This document shows positions 27,368-36,426 of a stretch of DNA of 64,000 nucleotides, one piece after another. The notes beneath the pieces were generated by a model that saw nothing but the letters and a program-made list of their open reading frames with translations, searched no databases and had not been told where the DNA came from. This DNA comes from Clostridia bacterium (GTDB lineage: Bacteria; Bacillota; Clostridia; Oscillospirales; QAKW01), in assembly GCA_017440465.1 (NCBI GenBank), contig JAFSHF010000031.1:6064-70063 (forward strand), written 5' to 3'. The position numbers and the translations under genes were made by a program. Position 1 is the stretch's first letter, and each line of letters starts with the position of its first letter.

Positions 27368-28636
27368 TTAGTCCTCCACGTCAAAGGCTTCTAAGCCTTT
27401 GGCGGCATCGGGGCGGTTATCGCCGTGTTTGACAAACAGCATGGTGATAAATGCCAAAACAGAGAAGATCAGCGCGTAGGGGAACATCACCTTATAGCCC
27501 CAGGGCAGATTGGCAAAGAGATAGCCCGAAAGGATGGGGGTGAGGATCTGGGCAGACATAGAGAAGGTATAGTAAAGGCCGGTATATTTGCCCACATCGC
27601 TGCCGCGGCTCATCTCCACCACCATCGGATAGGAGTTGACGTTGATCGCCGCCCAGCCGATCCCGATGACCCCCATAATGACATACGCCATAATGCTGTA
27701 GTGGGGCAGAATGAAGCCGGTCAAAAATGCGGCTGCTAAAAGCGAAACGCCGATCAAAATCATCTTTTTGCGGCCCAATTTGGAGGAAAGGTGGCCCACA
27801 GGAATGAAGGCGGCGGTGGCGACCAGCATGGCGATGATCATCATCGTCGCGCCGGTGCTTTGGCTCTTGCCCCACACTTCCTGCACATAGCGGGAATAGG
27901 CGGTGTTGACCGCGTTATACGCCATAAACCAAAAGGCGACCGAGATCAGAATAAAGAACAGGCTCTTTTTGACGCCCTTTTCCATTGGTTTCTTTTCGCC
28001 GCTTTCGGTCTGCTCCTCTTCTTCGGGCGGCATCAGCGCGCGCAGTTTATTTTCATTGACCGTCAGCCCCAGAATGATGGCGCAGGCGACCATAAAGGCG
28101 GCGATGATAGCGTAGACATAGGTATAATTGCCCATATCGTTATCTTTGACAAAGAGGGCGATGATCAAAAAGGTCATAATCCCGCCCAGCGAGCCCATCA
28201 GATTGATTACCGCATTGCCCTTACTGCGCAGGGGCTTGGGGGTCACGTCCGGCATCAAGGCAACGGCGGGGGAGCGATAAGAGCCCATCACCACCAGAAG
28301 CAGACCCAAAATGATGACGAACAGGGGCAGGTTCTTGGTATTATTGGCAAAGGGAACCACCAGCATCAACACCGCCGCCAGGCAAGAGCCGAGGATGATA
28401 AAGGGCTTGCGCTTGCCAAAGCGGGTGGAAACCTTATCCGAAAGCGCACCGAAGAGCGGCAGTAAAAAGACCGCCAACACATTATCCGCCGCCATAATAT
28501 AGCCGCTGATATCGTCGGTCACCCCGAAGGTGTTTTTCAAAATCAGGGGGATGGCATTATCGTAGAGCTGCCAAAAGGCAGAGATCGCCATAAAGGCCAG
28601 CCCGATCAGAAAGGTGCGCTTATAATTTAACTTCAT
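27368..28636 (-). CDS. MFS transporter (SLC45/GPH-like)
   Basis: 12-TM-type sequence; GALSDK..FGKRKPF loop motif; operon with GDPD. Confidence 0.85.
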   Translation of the reverse strand: MKLNYKRTFLIGLAFMAISAFWQLYDNAIPLILKNTFGVTDDISGYIMAADNVLAVFLLPLFGALSDKVSTRFGKRKPFIILGSCLAAVLMLVVPFANNTKNLPLFVIILGLLLVVMGSYRSPAVALMPDVTPKPLRSKGNAVINLMGSLGGIMTFLIIALFVKDNDMGNYTYVYAIIAAFMVACAIILGLTVNENKLRALMPPEEEEQTESGEKKPMEKGVKKSLFFILISVAFWFMAYNAVNTAYSRYVQEVWGKSQSTGATMMIIAMLVATAAFIPVGHLSSKLGRKKMILIGVSLLAAAFLTGFILPHYSIMAYVIMGVIGIGWAAINVNSYPMVVEMSRGSDVGKYTGLYYTFSMSAQILTPILSGYLFANLPWGYKVMFPYALIFSVLAFITMLFVKHGDNRPDAAKGLEAFDVED

Positions 28637-28691
28637 AGGAGTGCTCCTTTATAGTTTAATACCTATATTTTAATAGAAAACGACCCTAAAG

Positions 28692-31070
28692 TCAATGGCG
28701 GATCAGGGCGGGATCAAAGAGATCGGCGGCGCAAAGCTCCCCTTGGGGCAGAGAGCCATCCAAAAGGCGGGCGGCAAGGGAACTGCTCAGTTCCTTTTCG
28801 ATCACCCGCCGCAACGCGCGTGCGCCATACCGCCGATCGTAGCCGCGGCGAACAACCTCTTCGCAGACATCGGCGGCAAACTCCACCTCCGCCCCTTGCT
28901 CCCGCAGTCGTTGCTGTAGTTGAAGCAGTTCCAACCGCGCGATCTGCAACAGTTGGTTCTGCTCCAGCGGGGCAAAGGGGATGATTTCGTCCAAACGGTT
29001 GACAAATTCGGGCTTTAAGGTGCGCAGAACCGTCTTTTTGATCTCCTTTTCGTAGCCTTCTTGCTTGCCCCCAAAGCCCAGCGGCTCTTGTTGCAAGAGA
29101 TTGCCGCCCAGATTGGAGGTCATCAGAATGACGGTGTTGCGAAAATCGGCAGTCTTGCCCTGCCCGTCGGTCAGCGTTCCTTCGTCTAAAATTCCTAAAA
29201 GAATGTTCAAAACCTCGGGGTGCGCCTTTTCGATCTCATCCAAAAGCAAAATGGCATAGGGGCGGCGGCGGATCCGATCCACCAGCCCGCTCCCTTGGTC
29301 AAAGCCCAAATACCCCGGCGGCGCACCGATCAGCCTTGCCACCGAATGGGGCTCCATATATTCGCTCATATCCAATTTGATGAGTGCCTCTTCTTTGCCG
29401 AACAGGTGCTTTGCCAAAAGCCGCGCCAGCCGCGTCTTGCCCACGCCCGTCGGTCCGCAGAATAAAAGAGAGCAAGCGGGCCGTTTGGGGTCGCCGAGCC
29501 CTGCGCGGGCGCGGAGCAGGGCTTGGTGGATGGCATCGATGGCTGCCTCCTGCCCGATCAGCTCTTGGCTGAGCCGTTCTTTAAGCTCTGTATAAAGGGC
29601 GTTGCCCTCGGGATCGTCGGCGCGCAGGGGGATGCCGGTCTTTTCGGCGATCAGCGCGGTGAGATCCTGCGGGGTGAGCGGGTGCTTTTGGGGCGGCGTC
29701 GGCTTCAAAAGCCGCAGTTGCTCCAATTCCTGATGGGTGGAAAGAGCCGCCGAAAATTGCCGCGCGCGCATCTGCTTTTCCAGATCCGCCTGCTTTTGCA
29801 AAATGGCACTCTCCCGATCCAGCCGCCCCTCCGCAAAGGCGCGCAGTTGGGCGCGCCCGCCCGCTTCGTCCAAAAGATCAATCGCTTTATCGGGCAGATA
29901 CCGATCTCCCAAATACCGCACCGATAGGTTTATGGCGGCTTTTAAGGTCTCGTCCGGCAGTTTCAGCCGATGATGCCTCTCCAATGCAGGGCGTAACCCT
30001 TGTAGAATCTCCAGCGTCTGCTCTTCGGTGGGCTCTTCAATATAAATAGGGGCGAACCGCCGCTCCAAAGCGCTGTCCTTTTCAATATGGCGGCGGTATT
30101 CCTCGGCGGTGGTGGCACCGATGACCTTTAATCTGCCCCGCGCTAAGGCGGGCTTTAAGATATTGGCGGCATCGATGGCACCCTCCGCCGCCCCTGCGCC
30201 CACCAGCATATGCAGTTCATCGATAAAAAGCACCAAGTTGGGGTCCTTTTCCGCTTCGTCGATCAGCGCGTGCAACCGCTCTTCAAATTCACCGCGGTAT
30301 TTGGTCCCCGCGATCAGCGCGGGCAGATCCAGCATTAAGATCCGAACATCTCTCAGCGGCGCGGGCACCTTGCCCAGAACAATGCGATGGGCAAGCCCTT
30401 CGGCAAGGGCGGTCTTGCCCACGCCTGCGGGCCCGATGAGGCAGGGGTTATTCTTGTTTTTGCGCATCAGTACCCCCATCATCGCCCCCAATTCCTGCTC
30501 CCGCCCGATCAGAACATTATCGCCGTTGCCGCGCACCGCCTGACCGATCAGATCGACGGTATATTTCAGCGGCTGTTTGGCGCGGGCCTTCCCCTTTTCC
30601 GATTGCAAGGGCAGGTCGGGCAGATCCATCCGATCGATGAGCTGGCGCGCCAGCTTTTTGGGCTCCAGGGAAAGGGCGGTGAGCATCCGATAGGCGTGGG
30701 ATTGGGGTTGCTCGCAAAGGGCGGCGAGCAGATGGTCGGTTCCCACCACCGAAAAGCCGTGTTTGCGGGCGATTTCTCCCGCTTTGGTCAGCGCTTGCTC
30801 CAAGCGCGGGGTCATATCGTTGACCGAAAGGGGAGAGGGGTCGTCGGCGGCGGGCAGGGCGGCAAGTTGCCGCAAGAGCTGTTCGGGGGTGACCCCTTTG
30901 GAGAGCAGCAACCGCGCCGCCACGCCGTCCGCCTCTTTGGCAAGCCCCGCCAGCAGATGCTCGGTCCCCAAATAATCGTGGCTTTGCTCCTCGGCGATCT
31001 GCAACGCCCGCTCCAGCGCGTGCGCCGCTAATTTGGAAAATCGTTCGATGATTATCGCTCCCTTCTGCAA
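28692..31070 (-). CDS. clpC: Clp/Hsp100 AAA+ ATPase, ClpC-like
   Basis: Two Clp_N repeats; two Walker A motifs (GPAGVGKT, GPTGVGKT); LGF ClpP-binding loop; exact start uncertain (TTG at 31070). Confidence 0.9.
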   Translation of the reverse strand: MQKGAIIIERFSKLAAHALERALQIAEEQSHDYLGTEHLLAGLAKEADGVAARLLLSKGVTPEQLLRQLAALPAADDPSPLSVNDMTPRLEQALTKAGEIARKHGFSVVGTDHLLAALCEQPQSHAYRMLTALSLEPKKLARQLIDRMDLPDLPLQSEKGKARAKQPLKYTVDLIGQAVRGNGDNVLIGREQELGAMMGVLMRKNKNNPCLIGPAGVGKTALAEGLAHRIVLGKVPAPLRDVRILMLDLPALIAGTKYRGEFEERLHALIDEAEKDPNLVLFIDELHMLVGAGAAEGAIDAANILKPALARGRLKVIGATTAEEYRRHIEKDSALERRFAPIYIEEPTEEQTLEILQGLRPALERHHRLKLPDETLKAAINLSVRYLGDRYLPDKAIDLLDEAGGRAQLRAFAEGRLDRESAILQKQADLEKQMRARQFSAALSTHQELEQLRLLKPTPPQKHPLTPQDLTALIAEKTGIPLRADDPEGNALYTELKERLSQELIGQEAAIDAIHQALLRARAGLGDPKRPACSLLFCGPTGVGKTRLARLLAKHLFGKEEALIKLDMSEYMEPHSVARLIGAPPGYLGFDQGSGLVDRIRRRPYAILLLDEIEKAHPEVLNILLGILDEGTLTDGQGKTADFRNTVILMTSNLGGNLLQQEPLGFGGKQEGYEKEIKKTVLRTLKPEFVNRLDEIIPFAPLEQNQLLQIARLELLQLQQRLREQGAEVEFAADVCEEVVRRGYDRRYGARALRRVIEKELSSSLAARLLDGSLPQGELCAADLFDPALIRH

Positions 31071-31177
31071 GGTGTTTAAAAGAATAGTATCATCATTGTT
31101 GACATCTTTTCTTTATTATATGATTGAAATGCCGAAGAAAATATGATATCATTTTTGGAAAAGGACGTGATTTAAAA

Positions 31178-31672
31178 GTGATCCATATCGTATTGATGGA
31201 GCCGGAGATCCCGCAAAACACCGGCAATATCTCCCGCACCTGCGCCGCCACCGGATGCCATCTGCATCTGATCGAGCCGCTGGGCTTTGATATCAGCGAA
31301 AAGGCGGTCCGCCGCGCAGGGCTGGATTATTGGAAATACTTAAGACGGACGGTGCATAAAAGCTTTGAAGAATTTGAGCAGACCGCCCGCGGCAGAATGT
31401 ATTTTTGCACCACCAAAGCGGCGCATACCTATAGCGATATCGATTATCGCACCGAGGAAGATCTTTATTTTATATTCGGTAGGGAATCCTTCGGTCTTCC
31501 CGAGCGGATCTTAAAGCAGCACCCCGAAGAATGTATCCGCATCCCGATGATCGATGAAGCCCGCAGCCTGAACCTATCCAATGCGGTGGCGGTCATCGCC
31601 TACGAAGCCTTGCGCCAGCAAGAATTCGGCGCACTGCAAAAGATCGGGCATCTCACCGGAAGAATAGATTAA
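31178..31672 (+). CDS. trmL: tRNA (cytidine/uridine-2'-O)-methyltransferase TrmL (SpoU/TrmH family)
   Basis: N-terminus IHIVLMEPEIPQNTGNISRTCAATG; start set at the GTG at 31178 inside track ORF 31124..31672. Confidence 0.85.
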   Translation: MIHIVLMEPEIPQNTGNISRTCAATGCHLHLIEPLGFDISEKAVRRAGLDYWKYLRRTVHKSFEEFEQTARGRMYFCTTKAAHTYSDIDYRTEEDLYFIFGRESFGLPERILKQHPEECIRIPMIDEARSLNLSNAVAVIAYEALRQQEFGALQKIGHLTGRID

Positions 31673-31698
31673 ACAATTTCTGCCATAATAAAGGCAAG

Positions 31699-32790
31699 AT
31701 GAAAAATTTTGCCTTATTGATTACCGCCCAGGGATGCTCTCTGACCGGCGGATATATTCAGACCTTGGTGCTTTCCTGGATCGCCGCCAAGCAGAGTGGA
31801 GGTGTGCCGCTGGCGTGGTATATGATCGCCTGCTATCTGCCGGTGGCGGTGCTCTCCTACCCGCTGGGGCGGTTTTTGGACGGAAAACACCTAAAGCCTT
31901 GGCTGATCTCCAGCGAGATCGGGTTGGCGGCTCTGTCGCTGTTGCTTTGGCTGGCGGCGGTGTTTGAATGGTTGAGTTTCCCTTTTCTGCTGGTGTTTGG
32001 CGGGGTGTGGGGATGCGTTCGCGCTCTGCAGACGCCCATCTACCAAAGCCTGCCCAAGCGGCTTGCCAAGGACCTCAAAAAAGGAACGGCGCTGTTGACC
32101 GCCGTCACCTACGCCGCCCGCGGCCTCGGGCCCATATTAGGCGGGCTTCTTTATGCCAAGTGGGGCGCGGCGGTGCCGTTTTCGGTCAATTTCGCCTCGT
32201 TCATCCCCTCGGTGGCCTTGCTCTGCTTTTTGAAAATTCCCCAAGGGGAGCGGGGGCAAAAGCCGCGGCTGAAGGGTTGGATCTCTCCGCTCTTGCGCAT
32301 TTTTGCGGTGGGATTTTTCGGGGTGCAATATAACGTCACCTTTGTATCCCTCATCAAAGAGGCGGGCAAGGGCAGTGCCGCCTACGGCATTGCGCTGGGG
32401 CTGCTGGGGCTGGGTGCCTTGGCGGGCTTTTTGATCAAGACCCGCTTCAAAAAAGAACTCCCCCGCTTTGTTGCTGTCGGCGGGATGGGGGTTTTGAACC
32501 TGCTGCTGTTGTTGCGGTGGGGGATGGTCTGGCAGAGTGCTTGCATTTTGCTCTACGGCAGTTTGGATTTTTGGTTTTTCGCCCAAAGCAGTTATCAGCT
32601 TTCCCGCGCCGCCAAGGAGCGGGAGTTGACGGCGGTGATGGGGTTATATACGATCGCTACCGTCGGCGCGATGCCGCTGGGCGCGTTGCTTTGGAGTTGG
32701 GTCTCCAAGGCGGCAGGGCTTTCGGCAACGTTTTCTGCCATCGGCGGCGCACTATTGATTTTGGCTATTATTGAAAAAAGGAGAAGGTGA
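31699..32790 (+). CDS. MFS transporter
   Basis: 363-aa polytopic ORF; its stop codon lies inside the left arm of foldback element E2. Confidence 0.8.
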   Translation: MKNFALLITAQGCSLTGGYIQTLVLSWIAAKQSGGVPLAWYMIACYLPVAVLSYPLGRFLDGKHLKPWLISSEIGLAALSLLLWLAAVFEWLSFPFLLVFGGVWGCVRALQTPIYQSLPKRLAKDLKKGTALLTAVTYAARGLGPILGGLLYAKWGAAVPFSVNFASFIPSVALLCFLKIPQGERGQKPRLKGWISPLLRIFAVGFFGVQYNVTFVSLIKEAGKGSAAYGIALGLLGLGALAGFLIKTRFKKELPRFVAVGGMGVLNLLLLLRWGMVWQSACILLYGSLDFWFFAQSSYQLSRAAKERELTAVMGLYTIATVGAMPLGALLWSWVSKAAGLSATFSAIGGALLILAIIEKRRR

Positions 32791-33058
32791 CAAGAATAAT
32801 CCGAATCTGCCTCAAAGCAGGACATTTCGGTGCTTTTCGCCCATTTTTCCTTGATAGGCGCCGGCCTATCTGCAAAAAAGATGAACAAAAATCCCACGAA
32901 ATCTCCGTGCTTTGTGGTCGAAGATTTTAAAAAGAGCGGATTTTTGTTTCATCAAGGCATAAAACACAGCCAATGCCGGCGCATTGGCGAGTATTTTAAC
33001 GAGGAGGAAACGGAAATCCGCCTTTTTAAAACAAGGTTCGGATTATTCTTGTCACCTT
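32784..33058. mobile_element. Foldback element E2 (275 bp, 22-bp perfect terminal inverted repeat AAGGTGACAAGAATAATCCGAA)
   Basis: The left arm contains the TGA stop of the MFS gene. The right arm ends 4 nt before the pepD ATG. The core (GGTCGAAGATTTTAAAAAG..hairpin..GAGTATTTTAACG..TTTTTAAAACAAGG) is shared with E1. Confidence 0.45.
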
Positions 33059-33062
33059 AAGT

Positions 33063-34448
33063 ATGAACAGAGTATTTGAAATTTTTGAAGAACTTTCCGC
33101 CATTCCCAGAGAATCGGGCAATGTCAAAGCAGTGTCCGATTGGTGCGCCGCCTATGCGAAAAAGCGGGGATTTGAAGCGGTGCAGGATGCGCACCGGAAC
33201 TGCCTCATCCGCGTCCCCGCCTCCAAGGGCAAGGAAGATCATCCCATCGTCATTTTGCAGGGGCATTTAGATATGGTCTGCGAAAAGGAGGAGGGCAACC
33301 CCCATAATTTTGAGACCGACCCCATCCAAGTGAAAAAGGACGGCGATTGGCTGACCGCCAACGGCACCACCCTGGGCGGGGATAACGGCATCGCCATCGC
33401 CTATTGCTTAGCGTTGCTGGATGAAACCGAAGTTTCCCATCCCGCGCTGGAACTGTTTTTCACCGCCGATGAAGAGACGGGGATGTTCGGCGCGTTCGGG
33501 TTCGACCCCGCGCTTCTTAAGGGGCGGCGGCTGTTGAATTTAGATTCGGAAGAAGAAGGGGCCATCTATGTCTCCTGCGCGGGCGGCAAAAAGGTCGACG
33601 GGCGGATGAAACTGACTTGGGAAGAATGTGATAAACCCGCCTGCACCATCACCGTTTCGGGCTTGCAGGGCGGTCATAGCGGCGCCGAGATCCATCAAGG
33701 CAGAGCCAATGCCAATATTCTGCTGGGTAAGATTTTGGCGGGTCTAAATTGCCGATTGATCTCCATCGATGGCGGCAAAAAGGCGAACGCCATCCCCCGC
33801 TCCGCCACCGCGGTGGTCGCCACCGAGCAGGCGTTGGAGAGCGAAACGCTGACCGCGCTCTTTCAAAGAGAATATGGGGCAAAGGACCCCGATGTTAAGG
33901 TAGAAGTGGCGCATACCACCGCCAAAAAGATGATGACCAAGGACTGCTCCGATGGGGTGATCCGCCTGCTTTCCGCCCTGCCCGATGGGGTGCGGGAATG
34001 GAGCACCGAGATCGAGGGCTTGGTGGAGACCTCCCTCAACTGCGGCATTATCGAAACAAGCGAGGAAGAACTGTTTGCCCTCACCTCCATCCGCAGTATG
34101 AAAAACGCCAAGCGGGATGCGCTGGCGGAGCAGGTGGTAACGCTGATGCAGGACTGCGGCTTTGCCGCCAAGGCGGATGGCGAATATCCCGCCTGGGAAT
34201 ACCGCGCCGACTCCCCCCTGCGGGAGGCGGTCGCCGAGGGCTGGAAAAAGATCAGCGGCAAAGAGCCCAAGATCATCGCCATCCACGCAGGGCTGGAGTG
34301 CGGTCTGTTTGACCAAAAACTCGAAGGGCTGGACGCGGTGTCCATCGGCCCCAATATGCAGGATATCCATACCCCGCGGGAGCGGCTTTCCATTGCTTCA
34401 AGCGTGCGGGTCTGGGAATGGCTGTGTAAAGTGCTGGAAACACTTTAA
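33063..34448 (+). CDS. pepD: Aminoacyl-histidine dipeptidase (M20C, PepD)
   Basis: N-terminal IFEELSAIPRESG; HLDMV and TADEETGM metal-binding motifs; 461 aa. Confidence 0.9.
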   Translation: MNRVFEIFEELSAIPRESGNVKAVSDWCAAYAKKRGFEAVQDAHRNCLIRVPASKGKEDHPIVILQGHLDMVCEKEEGNPHNFETDPIQVKKDGDWLTANGTTLGGDNGIAIAYCLALLDETEVSHPALELFFTADEETGMFGAFGFDPALLKGRRLLNLDSEEEGAIYVSCAGGKKVDGRMKLTWEECDKPACTITVSGLQGGHSGAEIHQGRANANILLGKILAGLNCRLISIDGGKKANAIPRSATAVVATEQALESETLTALFQREYGAKDPDVKVEVAHTTAKKMMTKDCSDGVIRLLSALPDGVREWSTEIEGLVETSLNCGIIETSEEELFALTSIRSMKNAKRDALAEQVVTLMQDCGFAAKADGEYPAWEYRADSPLREAVAEGWKKISGKEPKIIAIHAGLECGLFDQKLEGLDAVSIGPNMQDIHTPRERLSIASSVRVWEWLCKVLETL

Positions 34449-34449
34449 T

Positions 34450-34528
34450 ATGATGTTTGCCTTTGGCAGATGATGTCGGCAAGCCGAATGATGTTGCGCG
34501 TTGCGCAAATGATGTTTGCTTCGCAAAA
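34450..34528. repeat. Four tandem ATGATGT plus mini-hairpin units
   Basis: ATGATGT at 34450, 34470, 34488 and 34509. Each is followed by TGCCtttGGCA, CGGCaaGCCG, TGCGCgttGCGCA or TTGCttcGCAA. The array starts 2 nt after the pepD stop. Confidence 0.8.
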
Positions 34529-34536
34529 TTAAGGAA

Positions 34537-34566
34537 AAAATCCGCTTCGTAAGAAGCGGATTTTTG
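34537..34566. terminator. Bidirectional intrinsic terminator between pepD and the ECF-S gene
   Basis: ATCCGCTTC/GAAGCGGAT stem flanked by an A-run and a T-run. Confidence 0.8.
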
Positions 34567-34581
34567 TTGATTTAAATGCTT

Positions 34582-35094
34582 TTATCTCGGCAAGATTTTT
34601 GCCAAGATTTTTGCTAAAGGATGGTAGATCAAAAGTACCAGCGCAATATTGCTGATGCAATGGACCAGATCAAAGGGGATCCCTTGGATAATATATCCGA
34701 TCCCTGCGCCGATGCCGCCGGTCAGGAAATAGGGGAGGGAACAAAGGGTGCCGAAAAACAGCCCGAAGGCTCCCGCCACCACCGCCCAAAGGAGCGGATG
34801 ACTCCACCGCCGCAAACCCCAAACGATCAGTACCAGCAGCGGCCAGACATAAAGGTAGTTGATCCACCAGATATGAAACCCATAGATCAGCCCTTCCACC
34901 AAAACAAAGGCGAAGACCGCCAAGAGCGATTTGGGGCCCATAAAGACGGTGGCTAAAATGATCAGCAGGGAAACGAGCTCGATGTTCGGCAGTTGCGCCA
35001 TCGCCACCTGCAGGGCGATCATCAAGGCGGCAAACACCGCCAGTGCCGCCAGCTCCCGCAGCTTAATAGGTGCTGATGGTGTAGGTCGCTTCAT
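34582..35094 (-). CDS. ECF-transporter S-component-like membrane protein (putative cobalamin-related)
   Basis: 170-aa, about 5-6 TM; second gene behind a cobalamin riboswitch. Confidence 0.6.
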   Translation of the reverse strand: MKRPTPSAPIKLRELAALAVFAALMIALQVAMAQLPNIELVSLLIILATVFMGPKSLLAVFAFVLVEGLIYGFHIWWINYLYVWPLLVLIVWGLRRWSHPLLWAVVAGAFGLFFGTLCSLPYFLTGGIGAGIGYIIQGIPFDLVHCISNIALVLLIYHPLAKILAKILPR

Positions 35095-35461
35095 AATGAC
35101 CTCCGTCGGTGATGGCGATGTCGTTCATTCCAACGCCCGCATCTTCGTCGTTGACGGTGATCCACCAGAACGCTTTGTCCGCCTCCCAGCTTGCCTCAAT
35201 GCCGTCGATGACGGTATACATCCCGTCCTTGGCGTAGTCCACCAAGCCCTCTTCCACCAAGGCGTCGGCCAAAAACTCCGCGTCGGTGGCTATTTCGTGC
35301 TCCTTGGAGGTGCCGTCTTTTTGCACCACCTCAAAGACAATCGCTTTGTTTCCTTCGTTGGGATCGGCAGAAGATCCTTTCCAAAGAAACACCGCGCCGA
35401 TGATCAGCCCGACCAAAAGAACCGCGCTGATCGCAATCAAAAACAGTTGCTTTTTCTTCAT
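35063..35461 (-). CDS. DUF4430-domain secreted/anchored protein
   Basis: Start set at MKKKQLFLIAIS (ATG at 35461, SD AAAGGAGA); the upstream part of track ORF 35063..35659 is riboswitch leader. Confidence 0.7.
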   Translation of the reverse strand: MKKKQLFLIAISAVLLVGLIIGAVFLWKGSSADPNEGNKAIVFEVVQKDGTSKEHEIATDAEFLADALVEEGLVDYAKDGMYTVIDGIEASWEADKAFWWITVNDEDAGVGMNDIAITDGGHYEATYTISTY

Positions 35462-35604
35462 TGCGTGTTTTCTCCTTTTATAAAGTTGTTTTTTCTCCGT
35501 GATCGAAACACCTTTTTTTGCACACCCCACCGTTCGTTGCATCCTTCTGCCCGATGCACAAACGATGAAATGTGGCCATTCATCGTGACGAGCATATTGA
35601 TCTT

Positions 35605-35750
35605 CTGCGCGGAAAGTATTCCGGCTCGCAACTAAAACGCATCCGCTTCGCCTTCCCATTTTTTAAAAAACAGTGGCATAATGAAGCCTCGCTCGTTGCA
35701 CACGGCGGCGGGACCGCGGGGGCATCGCACCCCTCTTCCATCCCGCGCAG
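35605..35750 (-). promoter_or_regulatory. Cobalamin (B12) riboswitch aptamer
   Basis: Minus strand: P1 CTGCGCGG (35743-35750) pairs with CCGCGCAG (35605-12); GGAUGGAAGAGGGGUGCGAUGCCCCCGCGGUCCCGCCGCCGUGU core; B12 box GCCACUG (35671-77) followed by GGGAAGGC. Confidence 0.75.
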
Positions 35751-35769
35751 ATTGGAGATCTTGACTAAT

Positions 35770-35798
35770 ACTATAACAAAAAAAGGTCGCTCTTGCAA
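35770..35798 (-). promoter_or_regulatory. Sigma-A-type promoter for the riboswitch operon (TTGCAA-17-TATAGT)
   Basis: -35 lies in the loop of the pgsA terminator; 17-nt spacer counted. Confidence 0.5.
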
Positions 35799-35808
35799 GA
35801 GCGACCTT
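35777..35808 (-). terminator. Intrinsic terminator downstream of pgsA
   Basis: AAGGTCGCTCTT/AAGAGCGACCTT stem followed by a T-run on the minus strand. Confidence 0.8.
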
Positions 35809-35844
35809 GGGTTTTTGCTGTTTTTTGTTGGAAATTAGGGTTGA

Positions 35845-36426
35845 TTATTTCCGATAATCGATAAATTCCCAATTTTGCACCAAGTATTGGATGCCCGAGA
35901 CGATGGTGAGGATCACTGCGGCCCAAAGGAAGACGGTGCCCAGCGGGGCATAGTTAAACCACGCAAGCAGGTTGCTTTGGGGGGCGATCCAATGGTAGAT
36001 CACCGGCTCCACCATCAGCAGCAGGGTGGCGACCATCTGGGTGACGGTCTTGGCTTTGCCCATCCAGCCGGCGGCGATGACCTTGCCCGCCGAAGAGGCG
36101 GCGATGAGGCGGATGGAGGTGACCATCAGTTCGCGGGCGATGATGATGACGGTGAAGAGCGGCGGGATCATCCCGAAGTGTTGCAACAGTACCAAGGCGG
36201 TGATGACCAGCATTTTATCCGCCAAGGGGTCCAAAAATTTGCCGAAGTCGGTGACTTCGTTGTTCTTGCGGGCGAGGTGTCCGTCGATCGCGTCGGTGGC
36301 GGAGGCGATACCGTAGACCGCCGCGCCCACCAGCGCACTCCAAGGGAAGGGCAGGAGCAACATTGCCGCAATATACAAGGGAATCATCAAAACACGCAAA
36401 ATAGTTAATTTATTGGGGGTATTCAT
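35845..36426 (-). CDS. pgsA: CDP-diacylglycerol--glycerol-3-phosphate 3-phosphatidyltransferase
   Basis: CDP-alcohol phosphatidyltransferase motif DAIDGHLAR..G..LDPLADK. Confidence 0.9.
   Translation of the reverse strand: MNTPNKLTILRVLMIPLYIAAMLLLPFPWSALVGAAVYGIASATDAIDGHLARKNNEVTDFGKFLDPLADKMLVITALVLLQHFGMIPPLFTVIIIARELMVTSIRLIAASSAGKVIAAGWMGKAKTVTQMVATLLLMVEPVIYHWIAPQSNLLAWFNYAPLGTVFLWAAVILTIVSGIQYLVQNWEFIDYRK

Noticed and set aside
35462-35659. N-terminal 66 codons of track ORF 35063..35659
   Set aside because: This stretch is the expression platform of the cobalamin riboswitch. A proper SD plus ATG with a signal-anchor sequence begins at 35461.
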